64,000 nt of DNA from Candidatus Methanoperedenaceae archaeon (GTDB lineage: Archaea; Halobacteriota; Methanosarcinia; Methanosarcinales; Methanoperedenaceae). The notes beneath the pieces are model-generated. The model had not been told where the DNA came from and searched no databases. It was given only the letters and a program-made list of their open reading frames with translations. Position 1 is the stretch's first letter. Each line of letters starts with the position of its first letter. Location: positions 96,001-160,000 of the forward strand of contig CAVWCX010000036.1 in assembly GCA_963753595.1 (NCBI GenBank). The letters are read 5' to 3'. A program made the translations under genes and the position numbers. Of the stretch, positions 1 through 10,443 are shown in pieces.

Positions 1-117
1 ATCAGTGCGAACTCAGTTTATAATTCTGTCTTAATAAGTAATAAGTCTTATCATACAATTTGAGGTGATGTTGCTTTGCCTCGCAGAGCCCGACCGTCCT
101 CATATTTCGATTATCAA

Positions 118-2430
118 TCAATACGTTACCAAAGAACCAACAAAAGCTATACTCTTCCCGCAGATCGCATCAGGCTTCCAGAAATGCAGATCCTGCGGGG
201 ATGCCAGTTGTGTTGTACCGTCTAAGAGGGCAGGTGTCCCGTATTTGGTATAAGATACGCTAAAGGATTTTCCAGAAAGTCCCACAATCACCGAACGACC
301 ATCGTATTTTGTATTTTTCACAAATACCTGATAGAATCCAGTGTCTGGATTTACAGTACCCATCTGATCTAATCCGATTGAATAGGTGCTGGTAATGATC
401 ACTTTCGTGCCAGCAATGATATTTTCATATTGATCTCTGACGTACCCTGATAACACTTGACCCACTGTGGTTTCCGAATATGTTTTTATTAATAGGATTT
501 CCCGTCTGTCAAATGTTCTTCCGGACAGGGATTCTGGTATCCAGATCTCATCTACACCAACTGTCCAGATACTGTATTTCTGCAGTGCGTTATAATTATT
601 CCCGGACAGGGGTTCGGAAATATAATCACCGCCAGCAGGAGACGATGGATATCCAGCAGTTGTTCGAGGGTTTACGTTATTTAATTCGATAGGGGAAACA
701 ATTAATGGGTTTGGGGCAGGCATATAATCCGATAATTGCTTTTCCAGCAACAGTTCTCTTGCCTGGATTTTTACAAATTCCCAGATGGTCAATCCATCAA
801 ATATTGAGGTCTCCCGCCCGTCTGAATATAGTATTGCTTTCCACTTATAATAATAACCAGTGTATCCGCCCGGTAATGCTATTGCCTGGCCAATATAGTC
901 ATAAAATGTTGCGGAAGTACCGTCTGGCCCGCAATAATTGCTCCAGCTTGTGCCGTTGTCGCTAAATGCTAATTGAAACTTGACGCTGCTTCCTGTGGGC
1001 TGTGTGACCGCCATTAACAGTTCATCGTATTGGTCGATGTTTGGCAAAGATACCGCCATATTCGATGTGACCGAACCCTCTAATTTATATCTTGTCAGTA
1101 CGATATTTCTTATATCCAGATATTCAGTTCCTGCACTTGTTCCCGTGGTCGAACAACGTAAACGCATTTCAAAAGCTAGAGACTTGAAAACCAGAGCCTG
1201 GTGTTCGAACAGATAGAACTGCGTTTCCATGAAATCATATAAAGCATTGCCTGGAACATAGGGGTCGATCTCGATTTTAATATATCGTTTCTGCACTGGA
1301 ATAAATTGCTGCTCTTCCCACACCCCTGCAGTGCCTGAAATATTCCAGCCTGAGATTTCAGTTGTCCAATCCGTTAAATTATTGCTTGAATATATATCAC
1401 AAACGTAACCAGACGATAGGCCACGCCAGAATACTTTCACTCCGCCTACTATAGCGCCCGCGCCAAGATCATAAATAATCCAGTGTCTTTCATCTACATA
1501 ATGCCGCCATTCAGTTGTTGTATTCCCGTCCCGCGTATTCGCTGCGGTAAAAGATGTTTCCTGACCGCAATATGAGTTTATCGTTGGGGGAACTGTCCAG
1601 CCTTTAGTATTTGCTGCTCTCGTAAATTTTACAACACCCGCTTTATCCAGAACCTCAAACGTGAATAGTGAGCCTCTGACAAGGGCAAAATCAAAGTCAA
1701 TTTGTATGAAGCCAGAATCATCATAACCTGTACCGTTATATTTCCATTTGTACCGTGTGGCCTGCTCGTTAGCATCCGTTGCCGTTACCGATAAGGAAGC
1801 AGGCAGGGAACTCATCAACCGTTTCATTCCTGCATCTTGAATATCGGTTGTTGTCGCCTCCATTGCTCCTGTTCTGCTAAATTCATATACGTAATCGGGT
1901 ACAAACGTCTCGGTTTCCACTGTAAATGATCTATCAGCAACCGTCCCGCCCTGTATCACATTTACTGTTGTGATGTCCATCTGTTCAGCTTTCACCCAGG
2001 ATTGCTCTAAATGAACGGTCTCCACAATGGGATCGCTATCCAACCACGTGAATCCAGCATCTGATTTTGAAAGAACAAATGGTGATTTTCCTAATCCTTC
2101 ATTCCAGCTCTCTACGTTAAACGCATCACCCGCTGTCCCGCCTGTAACGGTTATATTTGTAACGTCCTGAACTCCTGTGTCCCCTGCATTCAATACTACC
2201 TGAATATGTGAACCAGACGTTGTACCAGCAGCCACGCTGGTTGAAACTGCTGTGACCTCTGCCGTGTTTCCAAATTGATCCACATAGGTAACCGTGACGT
2301 CCAGAGGCGCAGAGCCAATATTTGCAGTGGGTTTAATAAATAATCGTAATCCACCGCCTGTTATGACACTGCCGTTAGTGAATCCTGTTCCTACCTTAAA
2401 GGAACCAAACACGACCGTATCAAATGTCAT
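118..2430 (-). CDS. Tail fibre/receptor-binding protein with discoidin (F5/8C)-like domain
   Basis: 770 aa, beta-rich; AANTRDGNTTTEW...WIIYDLG...YIKIEI resembles F5/8C; lies at the end of the tail module. Confidence 0.6.
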   Translation of the reverse strand: MTFDTVVFGSFKVGTGFTNGSVITGGGLRLFIKPTANIGSAPLDVTVTYVDQFGNTAEVTAVSTSVAAGTTSGSHIQVVLNAGDTGVQDVTNITVTGGTAGDAFNVESWNEGLGKSPFVLSKSDAGFTWLDSDPIVETVHLEQSWVKAEQMDITTVNVIQGGTVADRSFTVETETFVPDYVYEFSRTGAMEATTTDIQDAGMKRLMSSLPASLSVTATDANEQATRYKWKYNGTGYDDSGFIQIDFDFALVRGSLFTFEVLDKAGVVKFTRAANTKGWTVPPTINSYCGQETSFTAANTRDGNTTTEWRHYVDERHWIIYDLGAGAIVGGVKVFWRGLSSGYVCDIYSSNNLTDWTTEISGWNISGTAGVWEEQQFIPVQKRYIKIEIDPYVPGNALYDFMETQFYLFEHQALVFKSLAFEMRLRCSTTGTSAGTEYLDIRNIVLTRYKLEGSVTSNMAVSLPNIDQYDELLMAVTQPTGSSVKFQLAFSDNGTSWSNYCGPDGTSATFYDYIGQAIALPGGYTGYYYKWKAILYSDGRETSIFDGLTIWEFVKIQARELLLEKQLSDYMPAPNPLIVSPIELNNVNPRTTAGYPSSPAGGDYISEPLSGNNYNALQKYSIWTVGVDEIWIPESLSGRTFDRREILLIKTYSETTVGQVLSGYVRDQYENIIAGTKVIITSTYSIGLDQMGTVNPDTGFYQVFVKNTKYDGRSVIVGLSGKSFSVSYTKYGTPALLDGTTQLASPQDLHFWKPDAICGKSIAFVGSLVTY

Positions 2431-3356
2431 GCCACGTATTTTATTGCATAGGTTAGTCTTCCTGTGGTATCCGGGCTGTCAAGACCCTTACAGAGATATT
2501 TCGTGGTCTGTCCTTCGATTGCTATAACGTCACCATCTACCAATCCTACGGTTTCAGCATACGCGAAAAACATTTCACTCTGAGCAATGGGTGTCCTTCT
2601 ATCGGCTGTATTAAAATAAATCGGTTTTATATAATACACTTTGCCGTTGCCATTACTCTTAAATGAAGTCCACGGACAGGCTGGAAAATAGATTCCACTA
2701 ACATTAATTGTTACCATACCTTCCTGATTATAGTCTCGGTTCTGATAGGTGAATGGTCTAATATACGGCGTCATATAACAATCAGCAGTATATGTCCCGT
2801 TCAGGTAATTGCAGACACTATAGCAGAAGAAATTCGAGAAGCCATCAGTGTATTCTTTATTTGGATTTCGTTCAACAACCAAAAAGAAAGCACCCTGTCG
2901 ATCATCCGATGCATTTGGTTCTGGTTTTCCAGTGATTACGAATCCAGTAGCGTCTATCCATAGATAGTATGTTACCTGGAGTGTCGCCAGGTCAGCAATT
3001 ACGGCGCCGCTATATCTACCCTCAAACTGCAGATACGTCATGTATGTTCTGGATGTAGGAGCGTGGCCTGTTCCATCCCAGGCTGCTGAGAATGTTACTC
3101 TTAATCCTGTCGCATATCTATGATATCCCGACACATAATAAACACTCCCCGAAGTATTGATTGACTCCAGCGCAAGATACATCACTTCGCCACCATTGGT
3201 ATATTTCAAACATCTTCTTGCAAGGTTTCCTGTTTTTGTAGCTGTCGTCCATGCAGAGTCTCCATCTGTCCAGTAACCGCCAGAGGACGCAATTAAAGCG
3301 GCGGCTATTTCATCTATGATATCCGGTAATATCTTCGCTCCCGTTGTGTATCCCAT
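2427..3356 (-). CDS. Virion tail-tip/adhesin-like protein, paralogue A
   Basis: 309 aa; clearly paralogous to 3535..4467 (identical N-terminus MGYTTGAKILPDIIDEIAAALIASSGG). Confidence 0.6.
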   Translation of the reverse strand: MGYTTGAKILPDIIDEIAAALIASSGGYWTDGDSAWTTATKTGNLARRCLKYTNGGEVMYLALESINTSGSVYYVSGYHRYATGLRVTFSAAWDGTGHAPTSRTYMTYLQFEGRYSGAVIADLATLQVTYYLWIDATGFVITGKPEPNASDDRQGAFFLVVERNPNKEYTDGFSNFFCYSVCNYLNGTYTADCYMTPYIRPFTYQNRDYNQEGMVTINVSGIYFPACPWTSFKSNGNGKVYYIKPIYFNTADRRTPIAQSEMFFAYAETVGLVDGDVIAIEGQTTKYLCKGLDSPDTTGRLTYAIKYVA

Positions 3357-3524
3357 TTAAACCAGCTCCTTAATGACAGTCATGTATTCCTCAGCAGTAA
3401 CTGGACTATCGCCAGGCGCTTTTAAAACCACTTTTCTTGTGTGTGGAAGAGAGGTGCTTGGTTCCTCGATATGAATACCTGCTTCTTTCAGTTCCTGTAA
3501 TATTTCACTTTTAGTTCTCGTCAT
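3357..3524 (-). CDS. Small protein (55 aa, MTRTKSEILQELKEAG...), partner of paralogue A
   Basis: Hand-translated; stop codon abuts the start of 2427..3356; weakly similar to 4468..4632. Confidence 0.6.
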   Translation of the reverse strand: MTRTKSEILQELKEAGIHIEEPSTSLPHTRKVVLKAPGDSPVTAEEYMTVIKELV

Positions 3525-3534
3525 AGTTCTTCTC

Positions 3535-4467
3535 CTATGCTACGTATTTTATCGCAAACGTCAGCCTCGTTGTGCTATCTGGACTGTCTAACGCCTTGCA
3601 TAGATATTTCGTAGTCTCTCCTTCAATTGCTATAACATCACCATCAACCAGACCCACGCCTTCATCAAAGGCGAAGAAAATCTCTGACTGAAAAATCGGT
3701 GACCTCTCATCTCTTGCATTACAAATAATCGGTTTTACATAATACACTTTGCCGTTGCCTGTACTCTTATACGCTAAATACGGACACAGAGGGAAAACAA
3801 TCCCAACCATATCAATCCCGGTCCACGATTGCTGATTATAGTCCTGTGAAACATAAGCGAACGGCCTTACCACCTGGCGCATCTGCCAGTTTGTAGTTCC
3901 ATTTCCATTCTCCAAATTACATTGGAAAAAGCCATGAAAATTCGAGAAGCCATCAGTGTATTCTTTATTCGGATTTCGCTCCACTACCGCAAGGAATGAA
4001 CCCTGGTAATTATTTCCACTGGGTTCTGATTTCGCCATAATAACAAATCCCGTAGCATCAACCCAGAGATAGTATGTTACCTGCAGGGTCGCCATATCGA
4101 CTGTATTGCTTGCGCCAGAATAATAACTTTCAAATGCTATGAAAGTGAAGTAATCTGTTGCGCCATAGATGTGAGCACCGCTGTCCCACGATGCTGAAAA
4201 AGTAATCCTCAATCCTTTACTATACGCCCAAGATGAGCCACCGTTCCACCAAGTATTAATCTGCGTGTTAATACATTCCAGCGCAAGATATACGACCTCG
4301 GCGCCATTCGTGTATTTCAACGCTCGCCGTGCAAGGTTTCCTGTTTTTGTAGTGGTTGTCCAGGCTGCGTCTGCATTCGTCCAGTTTCCGCCAGAGGAGG
4401 CAATTAAAGCGGCGGCTATTTCATCTATGATATCGGGTAATATCTTCGCGCCTGTTGTGTATCCCAT
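3535..4467 (-). CDS. Virion tail-tip/adhesin-like protein, paralogue B
   Basis: 310 aa; paralogue of 2427..3356. Confidence 0.6.
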   Translation of the reverse strand: MGYTTGAKILPDIIDEIAAALIASSGGNWTNADAAWTTTTKTGNLARRALKYTNGAEVVYLALECINTQINTWWNGGSSWAYSKGLRITFSASWDSGAHIYGATDYFTFIAFESYYSGASNTVDMATLQVTYYLWVDATGFVIMAKSEPSGNNYQGSFLAVVERNPNKEYTDGFSNFHGFFQCNLENGNGTTNWQMRQVVRPFAYVSQDYNQQSWTGIDMVGIVFPLCPYLAYKSTGNGKVYYVKPIICNARDERSPIFQSEIFFAFDEGVGLVDGDVIAIEGETTKYLCKALDSPDSTTRLTFAIKYVA

Positions 4468-4632
4468 TTAACTCGACTCCTGGATCGCCCTGTTAAATTC
4501 AGACACTGTCGCCAGACTTGTTTCTGGCAATTGTATCACAAGGCGGCGGTATGATTTTCCAGCGGGCGCAGGTTCTATACTGGCAATCCCGTTTGCCAGT
4601 TCCTCTAATATTTCCCGGTTACTCATTGGCAT
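4468..4632 (-). CDS. Small protein (54 aa, MPMSNREILEELANG...), partner of paralogue B
   Basis: Hand-translated; same position relative to paralogue B as 3357..3524 has to A; shared EILxEL motif. Confidence 0.55.
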   Translation of the reverse strand: MPMSNREILEELANGIASIEPAPAGKSYRRLVIQLPETSLATVSEFNRAIQESS

Positions 4633-4737
4633 TTTTTTCAACCTGCTGTCCCAATTCCTGTTTTAATTTCTTATCTCGTTCCATATCGTAGATATTTCCT
4701 ATTACCCTGCCTTCTATAATCGTTGGTTTCATTTTAT

Positions 4738-5385
4738 TTATACCTCCACGAACCAGCAGCCGTTAAGTATTCTGCCGCCGTTTGATAGTGAATCTCCTTC
4801 TCTACATACTGCTTTTTCGTTTATTCCTGCTATTATAAAATCAAAATCTGAACCTGCGCTTGTAACCGTTACACCAGTGTCCACTTCATCACCCACAACC
4901 GCTACTGCACGTTCTACTTCCACATCCGATACATACATGATCTTGCTTTCGATATCCCAATCACTGGTTGCAGCGCCTTCTTTGTATGCTTTATGAATTG
5001 TGCTGTCGGTTACAACGCTCACCCCACAACTACCGGATACCGTTTTAATTTCAAGATAATAATTTCCAGCCGGCAAAGGATTAAATATAACATGAATTAC
5101 ACTTCCACCTGCAGGTAAATCGGATTCAGTTTCATAGTAGGTCAGGGCTTTTGTTGGAGTATCGTAAAGATTGACTCGAACCCTTGAGCCTTCGACTGCA
5201 TTTCCGATCTTGACCTTGATGCGTCCGAACCAATGGGCAGCAGAGAACTGTTCCCCAACCGAATCAATCATGTAATAATTGGATCTCGTCGTCCCGTTAT
5301 AAGTTTCCATAAACGTCCCGTCTTCTGGCCGGACTTCTACAAAAACAGTGTCCTGCTGGCTTGCGGTGATTTTTCCGATCGTCAT
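4738..5385 (-). CDS. Putative virion/tail protein
   Basis: Likely start MTIGKITASQQD at 5385, coupled to the upstream stop; beta-rich. Confidence 0.55.
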   Translation of the reverse strand: MTIGKITASQQDTVFVEVRPEDGTFMETYNGTTRSNYYMIDSVGEQFSAAHWFGRIKVKIGNAVEGSRVRVNLYDTPTKALTYYETESDLPAGGSVIHVIFNPLPAGNYYLEIKTVSGSCGVSVVTDSTIHKAYKEGAATSDWDIESKIMYVSDVEVERAVAVVGDEVDTGVTVTSAGSDFDFIIAGINEKAVCREGDSLSNGGRILNGCWFVEV

Positions 5386-5726
5386 TATGCTGACCTCTTG
5401 AAGACAATCTTTCCTGTCTTTCCGGCAGTAATATGGATCTCGCATGGCGCCCCGTCAGGGCTGCACTCCACTGTCGGCTGTACCAGAGACAAAGCGCACC
5501 CGGAACCGACTATTTTGTTAGCGGAGCCGCCGCCGAGCTCCACCCCATTGTAGAGCGCTTTTCCCGTACCGGATGTATCAATAGTTATATTCTTGTTTGT
5601 TCCCGCAGTCAGAGCAAGCCCATCTGCACCAATAATACGTCTGATCACAAGCTCCTTATTGGTTTCCAGGAACTTCCAGATCGCCTTGTCAATAAGGTCC
5701 TGCGTATCGTTGGTGCTCTTCTCCAT
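5385..5726 (-). CDS. Hypothetical tail-module protein
   Basis: 113-aa ORF tightly packed in the operon. Confidence 0.55.
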   Translation of the reverse strand: MEKSTNDTQDLIDKAIWKFLETNKELVIRRIIGADGLALTAGTNKNITIDTSGTGKALYNGVELGGGSANKIVGSGCALSLVQPTVECSPDGAPCEIHITAGKTGKIVFKRSA

Positions 5727-5732
5727 GATCTC

Positions 5733-7694
5733 CTACTCCGAATATTCCCAATTGTAGTTGAACCGCATCGCCTCTATCTGCTCATATCTCTGTCTCCCGC
5801 TGAACCTGAGTACCTGTTTTGTACAAAGGAAGTCCTCCTGTGTTCCCGTAAGTTCATCATCCAGCCTTACAGTCTTCCCCACAAGATCCGTTGTATCTAT
5901 GTACTGCGGCTTCACTACTGCTGAGATATAGACAACTGGTGCATGATACGATTCCACAAGTTCATGGGCATAGAAATCACACTTTAATTGGGTGTCAAAA
6001 TCCATGTTCAGGATGGTGTCAGCTCTGAGACCGAACAGGTTTATTGATCTGCCCGCTACTCCGTACATGAATTCCTCAACTTTTATCCTGCATCCCCAGA
6101 AGCCGGTGATATTCAGACCGGTGTTAGGCGATATGTTCATTGATAGTGAATAGTAACGGTAATCCGTAACATGGCTAATCTCCTGCCCGGCTGGTACCCT
6201 GAGAAAGAATCGTTCTTCCAGTAATGTTTCAGGACTGTCTATCGGACTTGAGAATCCACGCAATTTCACGCTTCCGGTCCTATCACTCACTGTAGTATTT
6301 GAGATCGTGACTTTCAGGTAATTTACCTTTGTTGGCTGTTGTACAGTGTTTATGTAAAGGTCATTTGATGAAATTAATACCCCAATATCCATTTCATAAG
6401 GATCATTACCCACCCACATATTATTAGTAAGGGGCGTGGTTGTGAGTTGGATCTCACTATCTACTGATACAACCGAACATTCCTGGCCTGCTGGAATATT
6501 CTTCACTCGATCTCCGCTCTTTACACCCCAGGTCTGGAAGGAAGCGTCTGTGTCAATCAGTATTGTTGAACTACCCCCATCCGAGGCAACCAACTCCTCA
6601 GTACCCAACAGTAGTTTTTCGCCAAGCGTCTGGGTCTTTAAAGTTCCTTGTCCTTTGACAATAACATGATTCAGTAGTTTCTTGTAATCCTTCCCTATAT
6701 CCTTTGGTGGCTGGAGTTTCCAGTCAGGGAGTGTTTGTGTGCCTTTGCCTTCTAACCGGATGGCATTGCCGGTCCCACCGCCCGACCCTGTTATGTTGGT
6801 GATATCTTTTACAAGTTTGTCCCCTGGCTCCAGTGGAACGGGATAATAAGTGCCTTTTGGCGTATCTCTCGGGATCACTACAGTACCCGTATTTGGGTTG
6901 GCACCCCCCTGGTCAGTATAAGTGATCGTTAATGTTAGATCCGAGCTGGTTATATCTTCGAGCGACTTCGCCCATAGCATGAGACCGTAAGGATGAATAA
7001 AATGGTCTGTGAATCCCACGCCCACTTCGAAGTCCCCGAATGCGACCGAGTCGATCGAAACCATCTGTGGGATAATATAGATGTAATTGTCATCCTGCAA
7101 ACTGTCAACCTTGATCGCCCATTGCCCTGTGCGGGATATTTCCAGGATATCCATCTGTTTTGTTAATTCAGTAAGTGCATCCCATATCGTGTTTGTAAAG
7201 GTCGGGGAGATCAATTCTGTCTCGAAAAAGGATGGATGATATGGAAGCCTGGCAGGATCGTATCTATAGGTCTGCTTCTTCACAACTCCTGCTGAGTTTG
7301 CTATCCTGCACAGGTCTGCAAGTATGAAGTCTGTGGATCGATCGACATAGCTCTCTGTGCCGCCTGCGGACTCTGTGATATATATTGCCTCAAGTTCCTT
7401 TCGCCAATCGTAAACGCCGGTGGTTAGCGTCCTGTATTTGTTGCTGCCGCGCCTGTAATCCGGTGCGCGCAAATACCCATCGAATAACTTCTTATTCCCA
7501 TCATATAGCCTGATCCCACGAGCCTTTTCGAGCGCCGGGTCTGGCGTATTCCTGACTGAAGTTATCTGCAGCACATCGCCTTCGAATAACGACCTGGTTA
7601 TCTCTATCGATGCGCCTTTAGGGTGCAGAATTTCATATGTGCCAGTGCCGAAGCCATCGGGGCTCTTTATGTAACCTTCGAATTTGAGTGTCAC
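5733..7694 (-). CDS. Tail hub/Tal-like baseplate protein
   Basis: 653 aa; LFDGY..., LNHVIVKG and SINLFGLRADTI segments resemble tail hub proteins; position in the module. Confidence 0.6.
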   Translation of the reverse strand: MTLKFEGYIKSPDGFGTGTYEILHPKGASIEITRSLFEGDVLQITSVRNTPDPALEKARGIRLYDGNKKLFDGYLRAPDYRRGSNKYRTLTTGVYDWRKELEAIYITESAGGTESYVDRSTDFILADLCRIANSAGVVKKQTYRYDPARLPYHPSFFETELISPTFTNTIWDALTELTKQMDILEISRTGQWAIKVDSLQDDNYIYIIPQMVSIDSVAFGDFEVGVGFTDHFIHPYGLMLWAKSLEDITSSDLTLTITYTDQGGANPNTGTVVIPRDTPKGTYYPVPLEPGDKLVKDITNITGSGGGTGNAIRLEGKGTQTLPDWKLQPPKDIGKDYKKLLNHVIVKGQGTLKTQTLGEKLLLGTEELVASDGGSSTILIDTDASFQTWGVKSGDRVKNIPAGQECSVVSVDSEIQLTTTPLTNNMWVGNDPYEMDIGVLISSNDLYINTVQQPTKVNYLKVTISNTTVSDRTGSVKLRGFSSPIDSPETLLEERFFLRVPAGQEISHVTDYRYYSLSMNISPNTGLNITGFWGCRIKVEEFMYGVAGRSINLFGLRADTILNMDFDTQLKCDFYAHELVESYHAPVVYISAVVKPQYIDTTDLVGKTVRLDDELTGTQEDFLCTKQVLRFSGRQRYEQIEAMRFNYNWEYSE

Positions 7695-7763
7695 AGTGAC
7701 AATGGTAATGTCCTGCGTTGTAATATAACTATTGTATCACTATGGTGATAAATAACCGAATGA

Positions 7764-9462
7764 GATGTTGCGAAACATATCTTAGTGGTGTTGTGAGGGC
7801 TTAGGGGCATGATTTCTCCGCAACGTGCAGTCACTCAATCCCAGACTTAACAGGCTAAATATAAAGTATTTACTATTCATGTATTTTTAAATATGTAACT
7901 CATTTTCATGAGTAAATCATTTGAAAATTCCCCGTGCCGTAGAATGCCTTCATTGTAAGGCTATTGAGAAAGTAAAGGTCATAAAATAAAAGATATACGC
8001 AGTTTTTACCAGGCTTTTATTAGAAAACAACATCCAGAGACGATATAACCTACCCTCACCCAGATCTCTTATAATTGGTTCCATAAATGAGCTATGAGCG
8101 ATTATTTTGTGTGTGGATAGGGTTTGGTATGCATGATAAGGATGCCTGTAAAAAGTGAATTTATTTCGGGGTTTAGTCAAACACCCGCCTATTTCTGAAT
8201 TGGTTATCTCAAACATAAAAACTAAAAGAAAAAAGGTTAGATTGTTCGTGATGTTTTTTTATAAAACTGTTCGATAACAAATCATCAAAAATTTCAACTT
8301 TCATGTTGTCAATAAAATCATTAGCACTTTTTAAATTCTTTATATCTTCTTTTTTAATTCCAATAATATCACTTTTGACTTCGGATATAAAGTTAATATT
8401 TAAAAATAACATCTCAATAAGTTCATTAGCAACAGCTTCTTTATTAATTTTCTCTAAAATTTCCATCCTTTTTATTGAGAAAAATTGTTTATATGCTTCC
8501 AATAGCTCTGCATATATTGAATCATTATTATCTCCTGCAATTTCATCCTCTAATAACTTATATTCATCTTGTTTGAACGGTGGCATCAATTGAGGGTATA
8601 TGTTAATTTCTTTTCCCGGCATTCTTGCTAATGTAAACTGAACCAATTTCAATTTGTGCTTAGATGTGTCATATTCTTTAGTAATTTTATCAAACGTCTT
8701 ATTTAGTTTAGTAAAATTTTTATTTTTATTTAAGAACTTTTTAAAATTACCAAATGAAACTTCTTTATCTGAAATTGATACCAACATATTCATTTTTAAT
8801 GACAGTTTAGTTTGAATCTTATCTTCATATCTTTGAATATAATATTGAAAAAACCCCGTTAAAATACCAACAAGTCCTATTATATTGTAAAAATTAGGCG
8901 GTATTTCTTCATTCAGAAGAATGTATCCATAATTAATGAATACTGCTACAGAAAACATCCAAATTATCAAAGTAAATAATAGATATTGAATGCTGTTTAA
9001 AAAAATAATTCTTAATAATAAAATTAGAATGAGAACTAGTTTACTCATGTAAAATCTGCGGTATATGTGGAAAGGTAAATTCACAACAGAGAAAATTATA
9101 CTTTTTAAATAATTAACAATATTGATTATAATATTCCATTTCATTGATTTTAAATTTGATATTATTATACATAGTATTTTATTTATACTTCTTATAAAGA
9201 AAATAATTATATCTAATTTTATCAAAATCAAATTTAACAAGAAAATTAGTAAAAATTGTATTAATGCTACTTCAATAAATTGATTGACCAAATAGAATAC
9301 TACTAAATTCGAAATAAAGAATGAGATTAAATCAAATATTTGCAGGAGGTATTTACCCTCCAAAAATAATTGCGTGAATGAATCCCCTTGTTGAGACATT
9401 TATTCTCTCCTTATAGTTGGTCCCCAGGATTCTTGACTTTCTGCAAAATGTTTCGCAACATC
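7764..9462. repeat. Perfect 15-bp inverted repeat pair GATGTTGCGAAACAT (7764-7778) / ATGTTTCGCAACATC (9448-9462)
   Basis: Read directly from the sequence; flanks the AT-rich gene 8209..9399. Confidence 0.75.
8209..9399 (-). CDS. AT-rich multi-pass membrane protein (moron)
   Basis: 396 aa; hydrophobic N-terminal half; very low GC relative to flanking viral genes. Confidence 0.7.
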   Translation of the reverse strand: MSQQGDSFTQLFLEGKYLLQIFDLISFFISNLVVFYLVNQFIEVALIQFLLIFLLNLILIKLDIIIFFIRSINKILCIIISNLKSMKWNIIINIVNYLKSIIFSVVNLPFHIYRRFYMSKLVLILILLLRIIFLNSIQYLLFTLIIWMFSVAVFINYGYILLNEEIPPNFYNIIGLVGILTGFFQYYIQRYEDKIQTKLSLKMNMLVSISDKEVSFGNFKKFLNKNKNFTKLNKTFDKITKEYDTSKHKLKLVQFTLARMPGKEINIYPQLMPPFKQDEYKLLEDEIAGDNNDSIYAELLEAYKQFFSIKRMEILEKINKEAVANELIEMLFLNINFISEVKSDIIGIKKEDIKNLKSANDFIDNMKVEIFDDLLSNSFIKKHHEQSNLFSFSFYV

Positions 9463-9499
9463 CTGTGTTTTTTTTTTGTTGGCATAATTTTACATTCCA

Positions 9500-9841
9500 T
9501 TAGTCTGGAAGCCCTACTTCAGTCGTTGCATCAGCCAATAGATGAAATACATATCCAAGGAAAAAACTTGAAATAATATAGAAGGTAGAAAAAAATAGAC
9601 CAACTAAAGTTGCTGTAGCTAAAATTTTCCCTGTTAGTTTTAAAGCCCTTTTACTATGACCTAAGCCTCTATGCATCCAACTTGTAGGCGGTTCTAAAAT
9701 ATCTGGAATAATAGAACCTAAGACAACAGCTATAAATGCATAAGTGATCGCTTCAGTAGAAATTTTAATAATTATATATATAAAATAAGTATACAAAAAA
9801 AATGCAACCACTCCTATTGTTAAGTGCTGTTGCTTATTCAT
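9500..9841 (-). CDS. YdjM-like membrane metal-dependent hydrolase
   Basis: H...GSIIPDILE...HRGLGHS...GYVFHLLAD motif pattern. Confidence 0.75.
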   Translation of the reverse strand: MNKQQHLTIGVVAFFLYTYFIYIIIKISTEAITYAFIAVVLGSIIPDILEPPTSWMHRGLGHSKRALKLTGKILATATLVGLFFSTFYIISSFFLGYVFHLLADATTEVGLPD

Positions 9842-10224
9842 GTATTTTTTGCAGCTTGTATCGCTCGATACATCTCTAAAATATCAGACCTTTCTCCATT
9901 GATTTTGAACTGATTTAGCTTAAGATGCATTTTCTTGAAAACAATTCCTTCTTCAACCATATTGTAAGATGTTATTTGATTAAGTGGTATTTCATTAATT
10001 ATATCGGATTTGAATATTAATCCCGCTCTTTTATAAAAGATAATTCGATTTTTTGTTACATAGCCCTTAAAACCCGCTGCTATATCGTTATTATTTGTCC
10101 CTACATACAAATTACCTATTGTTGCATAAATAAGCATTTCATTCGGCATTAGGAATTTTTCTATTCCAAGACCAGACAATCTTGAAGTTTCGCTTACAGT
10201 TTTTTTTAAAATTTCTTGAACCAT
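9838..10224 (-). CDS. Bacterial PH-domain-like protein
   Basis: FLMPNEM...YVTKNRIIFYK...EIPLNQITS pattern. Confidence 0.6.
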   Translation of the reverse strand: MVQEILKKTVSETSRLSGLGIEKFLMPNEMLIYATIGNLYVGTNNNDIAAGFKGYVTKNRIIFYKRAGLIFKSDIINEIPLNQITSYNMVEEGIVFKKMHLKLNQFKINGERSDILEMYRAIQAAKNT

Positions 10225-10443
10225 AATTCATTCCTCGGTAAAATAATAATAATAATTATCATAATAATTGCTATAGCTAATAAACATATCATAAATAATG
10301 AAAAGTTAGCATGCTCATATGACAAGCAAGGAGATTTTTCAAACTCGTTGTTACTGCGTCTAACCCTAAATTATATTCAGTTATTCAACATATAAGAAAT
10401 CCGTGATTGCAGTCATCGACCTCCGAATAGAATTCGGGGTGAA

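Noticed and set aside
2427-4467. Diversity-generating retroelement TR/VR pair
   Set aside because: Both copies are full ORFs, the differences include indels and non-adenine changes, and there is no reverse transcriptase in the window.
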